Shown piece by piece: positions 1 through 12,373 of a DNA stretch of 64,000 bases. Each line of letters opens with the position of its first letter. The first letter of the stretch is position 1. The translations under genes and the position numbers were made by a program. Below the pieces are notes generated by a model. It saw only the letters and a list, made by a program, of their open reading frames with translations, had not been told where the DNA came from and did not search any database. Where the stretch lies: the NCBI RefSeq assembly GCF_033153115.1, contig NW_026889754.1, positions 12,152,001-12,216,000 on the forward strand. Reading direction: 5' to 3'. The DNA is from Saccostrea echinata (taxonomy: Eukaryota).

Positions 1-136
1 TTGCAGTTTTAAAAAATGTCTATGATTTTACTTATTTTAATACAATTAAAGAAGTTATAACAAATAGTTTTATAGATAAATTCAATGAATTAAAGAATTT
101 ACTGAGGCATCCATAATTTTTTTTCAGTATTGAAAT

Positions 137-1280
137 TGTTGCGGACACTACAATATATTGAAATATTGCTATATGACACCATATTTGGTTTTAATGGAGT
201 AAACTGAAAATCTTAATCTCTAACTAGTTCTATATGTACAGTAAATGGTGTTATATTATAGGGAAATAAAAAAGGCTAGTCAAAAATGGCTTTCCGGCCT
301 GGAAAACAAAACCCATATATATACCAGTAAGTTTGAAGTGTTATCTTGTACAAAAATCACCATTTGTTATTATAATCCAGTTAACTAATTGTATTATCAA
401 AGGAGCAAAATATCAGAGAAATGTTTTACATTTCAAAAATATTTAATGAAATAAAAAAGTGAAAATAATAAATGAATGTGGTATATAGTTATTACTGTAG
501 TGTCCGCAACACAACTGCGTTTATTAGAACTAGACTTATTAACATCTTGATATATTCTTTAGTTTCCACATTCAGTTTTAAATACCACATGAAAATTAAC
601 TTTCAATATATAACATAAGACTGACAATTGAAAGATTTTGAATATTAAGTATAAACAAGTCGTTATGGGTGTTATTCTAAGTATGATTTTGTTTGTTTGT
701 ATGTTGTTTAACGTCCCTCTCGAGAATTTTTCACTCATGGAGACGCCACCACTTGCCGGTGGAGAGCTGCAAATTTTGTCCTATACTCGGCACGTACGGC
801 CATTGAGCAGTGAGGGATCTTTTTCATGCCAGCACCTACTGCGACACGGGACCTCGGTTTATATGGTCTCATCCGAAGGACCGGTCTCCACGTCCCACAG
901 TGGGATTCGAACCCGCGACGTAAGGATCAACTCCTTACTCCGCGACTCTAGAGCAGTTCTAAGTATGAAGTTAATAGTTCCACTAAGTTTTGTAACCTTA
1001 CATATTTGTATTGAATATTTGGACAATTATAGTGATGATCAATTGAAATCATGTTACATTTCTTTGAAGAAATTGTGAATTTAAAAAAACTGTTGCGGAC
1101 TCTACAGCGTTGCGGACTCTACAAAACGCAATATATTTGCCAGAATTCCAAGCAACACTGAGCTAAAGTCTGATATTTTTTGGTAGATGGATTAGTAGCT
1201 GTACTGGCCTCTTACATGTAAAATAAAAGAAATATAATTCATATTGCATTCCAGAATAAGCACATGTTGCGGACACTACA
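137..1280. repeat. Dispersed 16-bp motif TGTTGCGGACWCTACA, five copies in both orientations; probable subterminal motifs of a decayed DNA transposon
   Basis: Copies at 137-152 (+), 496-511 (-), 1091-1106 (+), ~1108-1123 (+, first base C) and 1265-1280 (+), in otherwise AT-rich DNA. Confidence 0.5.
687..956 (-). mobile_element. tRNA-derived SINE, 5'-truncated (Meta/MESC-type core)
   Basis: Reverse complement closely matches 8111-8411; B box GGTTCGAATCC; (AAAC)n tail; 12-bp TSD TTCTAAGTATGA at 675-686 and 957-968. Confidence 0.85.
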
Positions 1281-2500
1281 GAATTTTGGGACATTTTTAT
1301 GCCAGTAAGAAGAAAGTGTGTCATTTTCTAAAGTTTCGAAGAATCCGCTCAAACTTTTCTTTATTGTTTCATTTATCATTAAACTCTAATTTTAAAATGA
1401 ACCTAAAGTAATCGTAATGCATTAACATATATTTTTTTAAACTGCAAGTTCAAACAGTATAATTATATTAAATTTCAAAACGTATCTGCATTTTCACATA
1501 TTTAAACATTATTTCGCTAATATTTTGTTGATTTACATAAAGTAAATTGCATATAAAAGAGGGATAATTTCACAATGATTTGACATCTATGACTAAGAGT
1601 TTCTATTGTAAATCTCCTGAAACAAAAACTGGAAAACAAAGCCATTTTTCAGCTGCAACAGCATAACGCAAAATATACCCCATATTTTAGGTAGTAAATC
1701 TTTAATATTTTTATTGTCTAGAACATGGGAGTGTTATATATCATTTAACTTGTTAGGGGTACCATTTTGTCATAATTTGGTCATAATTGTTAAGGGTTTA
1801 ATCATATATTTTGATGCAGAGTGCATTATAACAAAAGCGAGTATGAAAAAACACAAATACTGTGAAAATGGCGTTTGGTAATCAGAAATGTAGTTGTTTT
1901 CTAGTAATATATGTAAAATCGAATGAAATTGAAATCTTACTGGCAAAAATCAAATCTCACGGGCAAATCTAATAAGAAATACTGAGAGACAACAATACGA
2001 GTAAACAGGTCTGTTTACCTAAGCCGTCACAAATGTATTTGTAATCTGCTTTATGTTTTCTTTCAATGGAATTCAACTCACCTCTTGTCTTCAAAGCCTT
2101 GCTACATGCATTACAATGTTTAACTTCATCAATGGTCATTGTATTATCGTTTAAATAAAATCGGGAATTAAAAACACACTATAACATTTATTGCATTGAA
2201 TGACCCTTTCCTGTGTGCGATACTTTATGACGATTAAAGCTTTTTATTTTGCAGTGGCTTCAAGAAAAGATCTAAAATGACTTGTTATAATTGGTGCTCA
2301 CCACTACTGTTTGTTCAACAGTTCACTGAGAAAAGCACTGGATTCAAATTAACAGTCAGTATATCAATCGTTCTACGAATACCGGGCAGGATACGGGAGG
2401 ATATTAAATGCATATATGGATAGAGAAGAACTATAGAACTATATAGATAAGAAAGATTTTGAGAATGCGATACTGACAATTGAGAAGAAACTTGAAAGTA

Positions 2501-2644
2501 CGTAGCAAGATTCTTAAAATAGCAGATAGACACAGATGGGATATGGTCAACGAGTATTAAGACGACCCACTAGCTGAGAAAAACGATGACGCTGGTAAGT
2601 TACGGAGCGCTGTTCGTAAGTGCAATTACAGAGGGAAGCCGTAT
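2501..2644 (+). pseudogene. DIRS-like (tyrosine-recombinase retrotransposon) gag fragment
   Basis: Hand translation RSKILKIADRHRWDMVNEY*DDPLAEKNDDAGKLRSA resembles the KIAD..GW.TV.EY..D.LA..SDD motif of invertebrate DIRS gag-like ORFs; in-frame stop. Confidence 0.45.
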
Positions 2645-3191
2645 ACGTACATGTATGAGGCATCTGTACGTAATTGTACCAGTCATATTTGGGAAGTTGC
2701 ATTTATGCTAGTGCTCGAATTTGTACCTAAAAGGCCCTCTATATATCAAATATTTACATCTACTGAATATTTTATCCTTTATTTTTCATTTGAAAAAAAA
2801 AAAACATGCCACTTTGTCCATGAATGCTCTTAACTAGGTTGAGGCAGTTACTGTTTTTTCAAGATTTCTTAAGAAGTGAGCTCTAACATCAGTGCAATAT
2901 AGTATTATTATTGTACAGATCAAAAAACTATATTTTACTTTCTACATTTAATTGTAGAGACATTAATACACATATATAAAAAATAAAATATCTGTGTTTG
3001 TGAATGTGAAATTGACAATTGTAACCATTGCAGAAAAATTAATATAACCTGTTTATGGCTGTAGCTGTTAATACTGCATAAAGCTTAAGCATTTTATTGC
3101 ATGTATAAATTACTGAAATAACCTCATTTGTAGAGGGCATACTTCAGTGAGCTACAGTGCATATCCTTTTTTACACTGATGTTTCTTTTAG

Positions 3192-5339
3192 TTGAGAAGT
3201 GTGGACAATTTCCAGAAAAGAGACAAATTCCTTGAATAGTATGGTGAATGGTTGCTGGCTCAAGGTTTTCTTTCGGCATGGCAATTCAAGCCAGAAGATC
3301 GTCACAAGCTTTTTTCATCATTGCTAAAGCAAATGATTTACTACAGGTAGGAATATCTGCCACAACTTGGATCTTGAAACTTGGATCAAGATTTTTATTG
3401 TGTTGACTGCAGAGCAGAGCGACACTTAGGGATCACTTTACCTGGCATCCGTCTGTCTGTCACACCTTATATCTTGAGAATTTTTAGAAGGTTTGGTCAT
3501 ATATTACGGATCTCCGTATTGGTGCAAGTGCGGGAGTGATTCACTACCGCAGAGATTTCGGCTCAAATTATCAGTAAGTGGCTATTTTATTGACATATCT
3601 TACCTGAACTCATAAAATGTAGTTATGTAAGACATGAATTGATCCAAAAATATACAGAACAATCGGTATATAGTAATTTTTCGTGTATGTCAACATCACA
3701 ACTTAAATTTATCCGCCATGTTTACTGACCTTTATCGATTTTATTTTGGGACAACCAATGAGAATTCGGGATCTAGGGGAGCGGATCGTATAGGATTTCC
3801 CTTATTTTAAGCATAAATATCACTGTTAATGAAAAATATCCCATGGAATGCTTTTATTTATCGATGTTTAATGATATCATACAACAGAAACATTTATCAA
3901 CACTGACATTTACTTTATCAAGTGATTCTAAATTTCAAGCGCAAGTATCAGTACATCACGCGAGAACTGTCATGGCTGCTGAAGAGAACGACTGGTAAAC
4001 ACGCAGATTTATTTTACTTGGTTTTCGCGTATAAAGGGCTATGATGTTGATAGTGAATAAAAATTCCAACCTATTGGAAGCAAGTTGAATGCAAAAACAA
4101 TTTATTTTGCCTGCATTCGCCCGTATCTAAAAAATATATTTGCACCATTACGGAGATGCAGTGGAATTGTAGCCCTCTCCTGAAAATATCAGATTAAAAA
4201 AAATCGGAGAGGGCTACATTATTGAAGCTACATGTCGGTGTGTCTGTCTTGCCAATAAAGATATGGTATAATATTGTCAAAAGACATTTACCGGTAAATA
4301 TTTTCTTTAAAAAAAATTACAGGCAAGTTACAAAGGATATAGTGAGAAAAATGGGTAATTCACGACAAAGGGAAATAACTCTTGCAAATGAAAAATTTGT
4401 CTATTTAAGTAAGAAATTCCACAAGGAAAACCTGGTTTACTGTCACATTGACAGCTTTCCACTTGTTTATATCTTTCATGATTCTATAGCAGGCAACATG
4501 TGTCCCTTGGAACACTTTAGATTAACACTGATTTATAGTTTATTTCAGTTAAGCTGGTAAAGCTTGTGTGTTTTCTTATTTCCAATTACATACTCTTAAT
4601 TCAAAACTTCAAAAGATTTGATCAAAGTGTTGGGCACAGAACTACAATCTAGCTTGTATTTGCTTTTCAGATCATCATCTGAAATCACTCAGTTTCAGGA
4701 GGGCCTGGATGTGGTTCTTGGATTGTGGCAGAAGATAAAGAAAAATCCAGTTACATGGATGCCAATGTTCTGCCACAGACAAGAACCACTTTCAAGACAG
4801 AAGTTCTCTGAATTGTGCGAATTCATCAGAAGCCCTGAAGGCAGCAACAGACTGATCAAAGAGGAGGACACAATATATTCCTGGGAAATTCTGATGCAGG
4901 ATATTCCCAGTGAGCTTCAAATGCACAATATTTAGTGTGATATCGTCTAATGAATCCAAAGTATGTGTCTTTAAATTTCAAAATTGAAGCTTCATTTTGG
5001 AATAATTAGCTCTCTCTGAAAATGCAAGAAGAGTGAGCATGACTTGTTCTGTAATTTTTCTGACATAATTTTCATTCATTTCCAGATCAAAGAACTCCAA
5101 TTACTTTTGATGATTTGCTTATTTTTATCACGGGGGCCGATGAAATCCCCGTCTGTGGATTTTCGTCGAAAATATTGAGTTTTTCACAAATGAGGAATGT
5201 GAAACACGTTCGCCGTTTTCCTCAGCTTGTGCACCATCATTATCTTTACCAAGACTGAAGAGGTATAAATGATCCAGAAAGTCTATCTGCCCTGATGAGC
5301 ATGGTCATTAAAGAATCGTCAGGGTTTGATAAATGTTAA
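3192..5339 (+). pseudogene. Spliced HECT-domain E3 ubiquitin ligase pseudogene (G2E3-like C-terminus)
   Basis: Exons 3192-3346, 4671-4909 and 5086-5339 join in frame at GT-AG sites: QMIYYR|SSSEITQFQEGL...SPEGSNRLIKEEDTIYSW...|QRTPITFDDLLIFITGADEIP.CGF...PFSSACAPSLSLP...SSGFDKC*. Stop at 3237-3239 and two frameshifts in the last exon. Confidence 0.7.
3505..4163. mobile_element. MITE with ~24-bp imperfect TIRs (CAC-type end, CMC-superfamily-like) inside the HECT intron
   Basis: Left TACGGATCTCCGTATTGGTGCAA versus right TTGCACCATTACGGAGATGCAGTG; no TSD recognised. Confidence 0.55.
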
Positions 5340-5416
5340 ATTTTTGCTTTACTGGTCACAGATCAGAAGAGCTTACGCATCGGAAAGGTGTCCACCGTTA
5401 GTCTTTCTGTAAATAA

Positions 5417-6090
5417 TTAGGGCCCCGCTCTGCGGGTGCCCTATAGTGATCAGTCTGTCCGTCCGAGATCTTTTGTCCGGAGAATATCTTCTCTCTCCTT
5501 GGCCCAATCTGGCTCATACTTCACCCACCAAGTGTCTTTGAATAAAGGGTGTGCAGTGACCTTGAACCATGTTTCTAGGTCTTAGGTCAAGGTCATAGAA
5601 CTATATGAAAAATTCTTGTCCGGAGCATAGCTTCTCTCCTCTTGGTCCTATGTGGCTCATACTTCACTCACAGAGTGCCACTGGTCAATGGATGTGCAGT
5701 GACCTTGAACGAAGTTTCTAGGTCAAGGTCAAAAATAGCCTCTCTGTTTAAAATCTTTGTTCGGTGCATAATTACTTTCCCTTAAGTCCAGTCAGCCTCA
5801 AACCTTACCAATTGACTTAGGGTACAGAACATTTGTGATTGTCCTTCCATATTTCTGATAGAGAATATGCAACAATTTTCATAGAGGGTATGGAGCACTC
5901 GTGATTTTCGTGCCATTTTTTATTATAACAAGGATAACATAGAAGCCCTTTAGACTCAAACAACACATCCCTTAATAGTACACAAATGTTCCTCTTCAAA
6001 ATAAACCCTTTTCAGCTACCTTACATTTTCATGTTCGTTGCTGAAAGCAGGGCCCTTGGAGATGGCCACCATCACAATGATATCTAGTTT
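5417..6090 (+). mobile_element. Helentron-associated non-autonomous element (HINE/pearl-like) with ~142-bp internal repeats
   Basis: 5' TTAGGGCCCCGC..GCGGGTGCCC hairpin; GTCT/GTCC microsatellite; repeat units starting ~5474, 5617 and 5758; 3' AGGGCCC subterminal repeat and CTAGTTT end. The preceding 5341-5416 is a 5' fragment of the family at 57718-58928. Confidence 0.65.
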
Positions 6091-7000
6091 ACTCCTCACT
6101 TGCTAGTAGAGTAAGATACATAATTCTGTGTGTTGTTTTTTATTTGGACAAACGGTGTTCCCATCCCAAGTTAAATATGTGAAAAATAAAGCTACCTGAT
6201 TAAACACACTCCAGCTGTCCAGGGCTCCACAAGGCTGCATCTCCAACCCAGGTGTTGGTGATGTACTCGCAAAGTTGAACCATGCCATCTGTTGTTGCAG
6301 CTTACTGGAGGTGGTCAAGCAACCCTGGTATGATGTCAGGAGGAAGATAAGGGAGGGCCATGATTTTCTTACAGACGGCGTAGGTCTCCTCCCGCTCCAT
6401 GTAAGAAGACTGCAGACCAAGGTCCTGGACTTTTCTCCAAACCGCTTGGCCCCAGTGGAAGGCACATCCTCGGACTGTGGCAGTGGGGAAGATGGAATCA
6501 GCTGCTTTCCACATGGCCATCTCGTAGTCCAGGATGATCTCTTGCATGCACATGGAAGGAAGGAGGTGTTTCACCACCCGGAACACTGCTTTGTAGTCCT
6601 TCTTCTTCCCAGACATCAAAACAAACAGGAGTGGTAGCTAAAACAAATTAAAGTTTCACTTGGAAATATGAATAGATAAAAAGATGTAATACATTGATTC
6701 ACTAAAATTTGCATTTAGAATCTCTATTCATTTATTATGAATTCACATATTTACAGTTTGTATTTTGAAAATTGAGATTAATACCTGTTTGTAGTTTCCC
6801 TCACTCAATTTCACAAAACTGTAAATGGCCAGAAGTTGTGAAAATGGCTCCCTAACTACTTTTAAGGTGGCATCAATGTACCAGGATTTGGCACATCCTA
6901 TAAGAAAAAAATCAGAATTAGAAATCAAAATATAGACATCAAATATTTATTGGGTTTTACAATTAATTAAAAAATAGACATAAAAGACATGTCTTATTTA

Positions 7001-7957
7001 ATGAAATATATGGAGATAACGAACAGTATTCAAGCTCAAAAGTCCATTAAACAACACAAAACAGGAGCAGAGCAAACACGGACCTCTAAACATCAGAGGT
7101 GGGATCAGGTGCCATGGAGGAGTGAGCATCCCCTGCCGACCGGTCACACCCGCCGTATGCTCCTTGTCATGATCGGGAAATAACAGAAAAATCCGTCGAC
7201 AATTCAGTGTGTAAATAATGGACTAACAATTAGTATGAAAAACGTCAGTCAGCATTTGACTGAATGATAAATTGTATTTGCTGACAAGGTCATTGTATCG
7301 ACCATAGAACTTACGAAATGACTTTAAACGAGACAGCTGATATTCTTGTTTCATCAACTTGTTTGTCAATAATTTACCTCGTTTTAGAAATTGTTCATAC
7401 GTAGAGCATGTTCTTGCGTATCGAATCAGTTGAGAGATATATACCCCGTATGCAGGTGATGAAGGTATAATGCTGCATAAGTAAGGGAAGTTGACGATTG
7501 AAAAGTTAAAGTCATCACGTTTATCATAAAGCTTGGATGTTACATTACCATTAACGTCATTTTCAAGTAAAATATCCAAATATGAAACAGATGTGTCAGA
7601 CTCTGTGGTATCTTTTATCTCAAGCTCACCAGGATATATCGTATTGACATAAGAATGAAAATAGCCATTGTTAATTGACAATACATCGTCGATATATCTA
7701 AATGTCGAGTTGAAGGCTACAGCAAGTGTTTTCTTCTTTTCACGCACAAGACTTTGGACAAATTCTGCTTCATATGAATACAAAAAAAGGTCTGCTAATA
7801 ACGGGGCGCAATTGGTACCCATGGGAATTCCAATAGATTGTTGGAAGACCTGGTCTCCAAAAACCACATAGATATTGTCAATTAGAAACTCAAGCATCTT
7901 TTTAATGTCAACTTCAGAGTACTTGTGTGTACAATCAGAATGTTTTTTTGAACAAAT
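7001..7957 (-). mobile_element. Penelope-like retroelement, 5'-truncated (RT C-terminal half plus 3' tail), inserted in a MULE intron
   Basis: ORF 7223-7897 has GIPMGTNCAPLLADLFL, RYIDD, SYLD and LYDKRDDFNF. It ends without a C-terminal GIY-YIG domain, which fits the Naiad/Chlamys permuted-domain clade. Confidence 0.85.
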
Positions 7958-8110
7958 AAAAATAATTTAACAAAAATATATAAAGTTTTATTAAAAGGAC
8001 AGTTTGGAATTACCTAAGAGGTGAAGCAGTGCATCAGTTGCAAATATTTCTTTTTCAATACAGCCAGTTTACGCAAGATATGATATGGTGAAAAGCTACA
8101 AAGACATATT

Positions 8111-8411
8111 GTCACCCGCGTGGCGCAGTGGTCAGAGCGTCTGCTCTAGACTCGCGAAGTAAGGAGTTGATCCTTACGTCGCGGGTTCGAATCCCACTGT
8201 GGGACGTGGAGACCGGTCCTTCGGATGAAACCGTATAAAGCGAGGTTCCGTGTCGCAGTAGGTGGTGGCACGAAAAAGACCCCTCACTGCTCAAAGGCCG
8301 TATGTGCCAAGTATATGACAAAGTTTGAAGCTCTCCACCGGCAAGTGGTGGCGTCTCCATATGAGTGAAAAATTCTCGAGAAGGACGTTAAACAACATTC
8401 AAACAAACAAA
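8111..8411 (+). mobile_element. Full-length tRNA-derived SINE (Meta/MESC-type core)
   Basis: A box TGGCGCAGTGG, B box GGTTCGAATCC, core CCTTCGGATGAAACCGTATAAAGCGAGGTTCC..GGCACGAAAAAGACCC, (AAAC)n tail, imperfect TSD ACAAAGACAT. Confidence 0.85.
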
Positions 8412-11400
8412 ACAAAGACATTATATTGTAAACAAATGACTAGAATTAAAGATTGGACACAATAATACTACTTTGCATAATAAACCTGACTTTATCTACA
8501 TTTCTTTGTTTGTTTATTTAGAAATATTACAAAGTGATATATAGAGTGAAACTAAACTTGTAGAAATTCATATAATGACTATAATGGACATCCATAGAAA
8601 ATTTTCCCGCGAAACTAAACAATTACATTAAAAGTTAAATTACAGCAAAATATTAGAAACTGCAAGGTGTACATTAAGGAAACAGTCATTCTTAGCCTAA
8701 AAATACATATGCAAATAAATTTACTTACACTGTGAGCATGTGAAGCAGACAGAACTATGAATAAAGGGCGAAGAAATCCAGCCAACAACCTGAGCGGAAA
8801 TACTGATCTGAACATAAAGTAAACAGAAGGAACCAACATGGGTATAAAAATACCGGAATACTAGCGGACTGAAAGCCGGCACAATGTGCCTTCCTTGTCC
8901 AACAAAGATGTCTCTTTGGGAAACCCCTGATGAATCTTTTTGATGAATTCTCTCATTTGGCTCGAAGTCCAAAGTAGTTGGATCTGCTGGGTGGGAACTC
9001 TAAAGAAAACATCAATAATAAAATGATTTAATAAAACATGTTTTTCTTCTTAGTATTTAGTCAGCCCACGGGCTGACTAGTTACGGTGGGATGAAACTAC
9101 AAGTGGGCTTGCGTAATTTGGAATTCTGGGAAAAAGATGTACACGACTTGTTCTAAAGAAACTCGTGCTATTTGCTCCAACCAAAGGGCGTGATTCTTCA
9201 CAAAAGACGCGACCTCGATCTATTTATAGACTGCATTGTTCTTCGTCGTTCTCGACGAAATTGTTCTAAGTGGGAAATATGATACTATGAAAATATTTCA
9301 GTGCTTCTTATAGAAGATGAGAAGTTTATATGCAGAACACATTTAACACTTGATATATATACCCTCAATCGCCGTTGCAAGTTCACGGATTTGTGTGTAT
9401 TCCTCTGAATGCCTGATGCAAGACTCCCTCGATCAATACCTTGCATAAGACATGTACGGGTCGGAATTCACACAATAATCCACTTGCACAAAGGTCCCAA
9501 AACAGTGAAAAAAAGAATCTCTTTTCACTTTAATGATGAAAGTTATGAAAACGTCAGAAGATCACTTAAGATGTGTAAAGTCTTATAATTTACACGATGA
9601 TAGACATGTACAGTAAATGCCGCTTGTGCACGTGAACCGCGCCCACAGGTGAGGAACTAACCACAGTAGAACTGGATAGTTGAGAGAAACTGCGCGGATT
9701 TATAGACAGTCCCCCCCCCCCCAATTAGAGAGAGTGAGCGAGATGGAATCAGTATCATTTTAGGGTATACGTACTGTATGTATAAAATATTTTGAATTTC
9801 CAGTTTATTACTTTATTTTGGAAGCAATTCTTTTCTTTCCTAATAAAACTAAAATGGATGCTTAAATTTAGAAATTGAATTAAATATACATACAGTATGC
9901 ACCCCTCCCCCTTCCCCTATCATGCATTGCCTCGAACCTGCACGATTAAAAACTTTTATCTAATAATAATTAACACAATCTAACCCAAGGTCTACATTCC
10001 TTTTAAGCATCATAATCTATATCATTTATAGAATTTAACAGTAAAAATGAAAATGTATACATTCTTCAACGTTCAATGATTGGGATCTTAGTGGTTTTGT
10101 TCATTTCTGAGACGAACTTTATCTGATGTCCGCACCCAAGAGAAATTAATTGGAAGTCATCATAATGATCACGATGTAACCTAACTAAAATTTATTCAAT
10201 GCTTTATTACTTATTATGTACAGCATTATTTACAAATAAGAAAACGACTGCGCGAATTTTAACTTAGACGACAATGAATTTTAATGAACACAACATGATG
10301 GATAAAACAAATCATATACCATCACAAAACAAGAAAGAAACTTTCTGTAGTCCAGTGGCTGACTCTCAGCTTTTTTAAAAAAAACTAAACTTGTCTTATA
10401 TAATTATGAGTTGTTTTTACTCTACTTTTTTTCGGAGACAAATTTTGTTTTTGTCTCAAAAGGCCGTAAGTACCATGTACATCGTTCAATTTTCAGCCAT
10501 TCACCATTTATGTCCTATTAAAATTTTAACTCCATTTATTTTGTTAACGGTAAATTGCTGGAAATATAGTAAAAAAAAATCCGGAATGAAAATAATAAAT
10601 GTTAGAAGTGAAATTATTTATTGTCGAAAGTGGAAAGCAAAATTCCGGCAATCAAATGCACCGAAAATTGTAAACCCCCCCCCCCCCCCCTAAAGAAACT
10701 AAAAGTACACACTTCGACGCTCAATTGACCATTCCAAAGAGCACATAAAATCGTTACATTTTTTAAGTTTTAGAAATAAAATGAAAGACCTTAAAAAGTT
10801 TATAAAATAGGAAAGCTTAGTCACGGATAAAAATCTTTGCAGACCTTGTGTTTCATTCACTTGACGATTCGCAAATAACAAATGTCGCGTATGATTATTG
10901 GTTAACATTAAATTAGGTTGTGGATTTCTTTCGGAATTCAACACCAGCCCTCACCTACATGTATACGTACCTGAACAAACCAACCGATTGACATTCTCGG
11001 CTCTAAAGGAAAAGACTGTATTCATTTAAGGGTAGACTGGCATTGCCTGTCTCTGTCGTACGTGTATATCGCGCATATCAGACAGGCAAGCCAGTCTACA
11101 TTGAAGAGGGGATATACGTATCGTGATGAGAGGAAATTTGATCACATGTCAGTCCATTAAACATGAAAGATTATTTTGGAACATTTGTATACAACTGAGT
11201 GGCTCACTTAGAACCAAATTAGTATTTGTTAGAAAAATTAAGTAATTATTTAGCTGTTTAAGGTTTGTTACATATCTGTAAGAACCACTTTATTTACAAA
11301 ACAATGTTTCATCCTTTTATGGACGCCGTGATATATTTAATAGGCTGTTTAATTACTATTCGGATATACTGCCATTCAAAGGACTAACACATTTTTTTCA

Positions 11401-11454
11401 ATATTACCAAAGTCCTGGTCTAAAACAAATTGACAAACTCAGACCATGCGGTTT

Positions 11455-11708
11455 TATTTTCCTATGTAAAAGTTTGATCCTCCGTTGTGGCCCAACACTA
11501 ACCCAGGGGGTCATGATTTGAACAAATTTGAATCTACACTATGTGAAGAGGGTTTCACTGAAGTTTTAACTTTTTCAGCCCAGTGTCTCTTGAGAAGATT
11601 TTTTAAAAAAACCCCAAATTTTCACTAATTCTTAATTATCTCCCCTTGAAAGAGGACGTGGCCTTTCATTTGAACAAACTTGAATTCCCTTATCCTAAGG
11701 ATGCTTCA

Positions 11709-11752
<44 letters not shown>

Positions 11753-11839
11753 TCGAAAATGTGAAAAGTTTACAAACGGACGGACAAACAAAATGTGATC
11801 AGAAAAGCTCACTTGAGCTTTCACTCAGGTGAGCTAAAA
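11455..11839 (-). mobile_element. HINE fragment (5' end plus one Cg170-like monomer)
   Basis: Reverse complement of the 5' part of 17829-19628 (TTTTAGCTCACCTGAG..CTCAAGTGAGCTTTTCTGATC). Confidence 0.8.
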
Positions 11840-12134
11840 CATTGGAAAAGTTGATCTCTGCAGAAAATTTCCTTTTAAGCTATCTATTAAAATAAATTTT
11901 ACCATTTTGGAAGGTGTTTTACATACTGGTGTGCTTGTCTGGGGACACTTTTATAACTTATTCTTTATCGATAATTATTATAAAAATAATTTATTTTCAT
12001 TCTATTGAATCATAAATTCTATGTGCTTAAAAACGTAATTAATTAAAAACATTTTTTTTAATCACGTCAATACAAATATGAATAAAATATATCCCCTAAT
12101 TATATTTATACCAAATTAATTACTTTTATTACAC

Positions 12135-12293
12135 TGTGGTGCTTTCGCAATGGTGTGGGTCGTAGTTGGCACCACGTGGATCCAAAAACCCGGGAGAGAA
12201 CAAGAAACACGTCTGTCTACTTCAGAGTTTAATTTTGGAACAACAAAATTATTGACACACCGAACCCGACGGTAAATACGTAATTACACTACA
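12135..12293 (-). repeat. 3' LTR of Gypsy-A (159 bp)
   Basis: TGTAGTG...CACCACA on the minus strand, immediately after PPT AAGAGGGGAGTAA (12294-12306). Confidence 0.95.
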
Positions 12294-12373
12294 TTACTCC
12301 CCTCTTAAGAAAGAAAATGTTACATTTTCAATAAACATATAAAAATAAAAGAATACAAAGCAAAATGTTCAGT

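Larger units (their letters stand above)
6196..9000 (-). pseudogene. Mutator/MULE transposase, spliced and degraded
   Basis: Pieces at ~9000-8860, ~8095-8014, 6897-6785 and 6637-6196; the last three join at GT-AG sites. Motifs IFATD, WYIDATLKVVREPFSQL, LMSGK..KDY, LDYE, GCAFHWGQAVWRKVQ, MALPYLP and WSVFNQ are typical of MULE DDE transposases; contains a stop and a frameshift. Confidence 0.8.

Noticed and set aside
638-1078. ORFs 638-1078 and 8112-8360 sharing METPPLAGGELQ as a protein family
   Set aside because: They are antisense translations of the same SINE.
6989-7183. Repeated peptide HQRWDQVPWRSEHPLPTGH (also 23873-24055)
   Set aside because: Antisense reading of the Penelope-like 3' tail; the conservation is at the nucleotide level.
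10699-10944. RHLLFA as a further MULE exon
   Set aside because: Only a six-residue resemblance with no flanking motifs.
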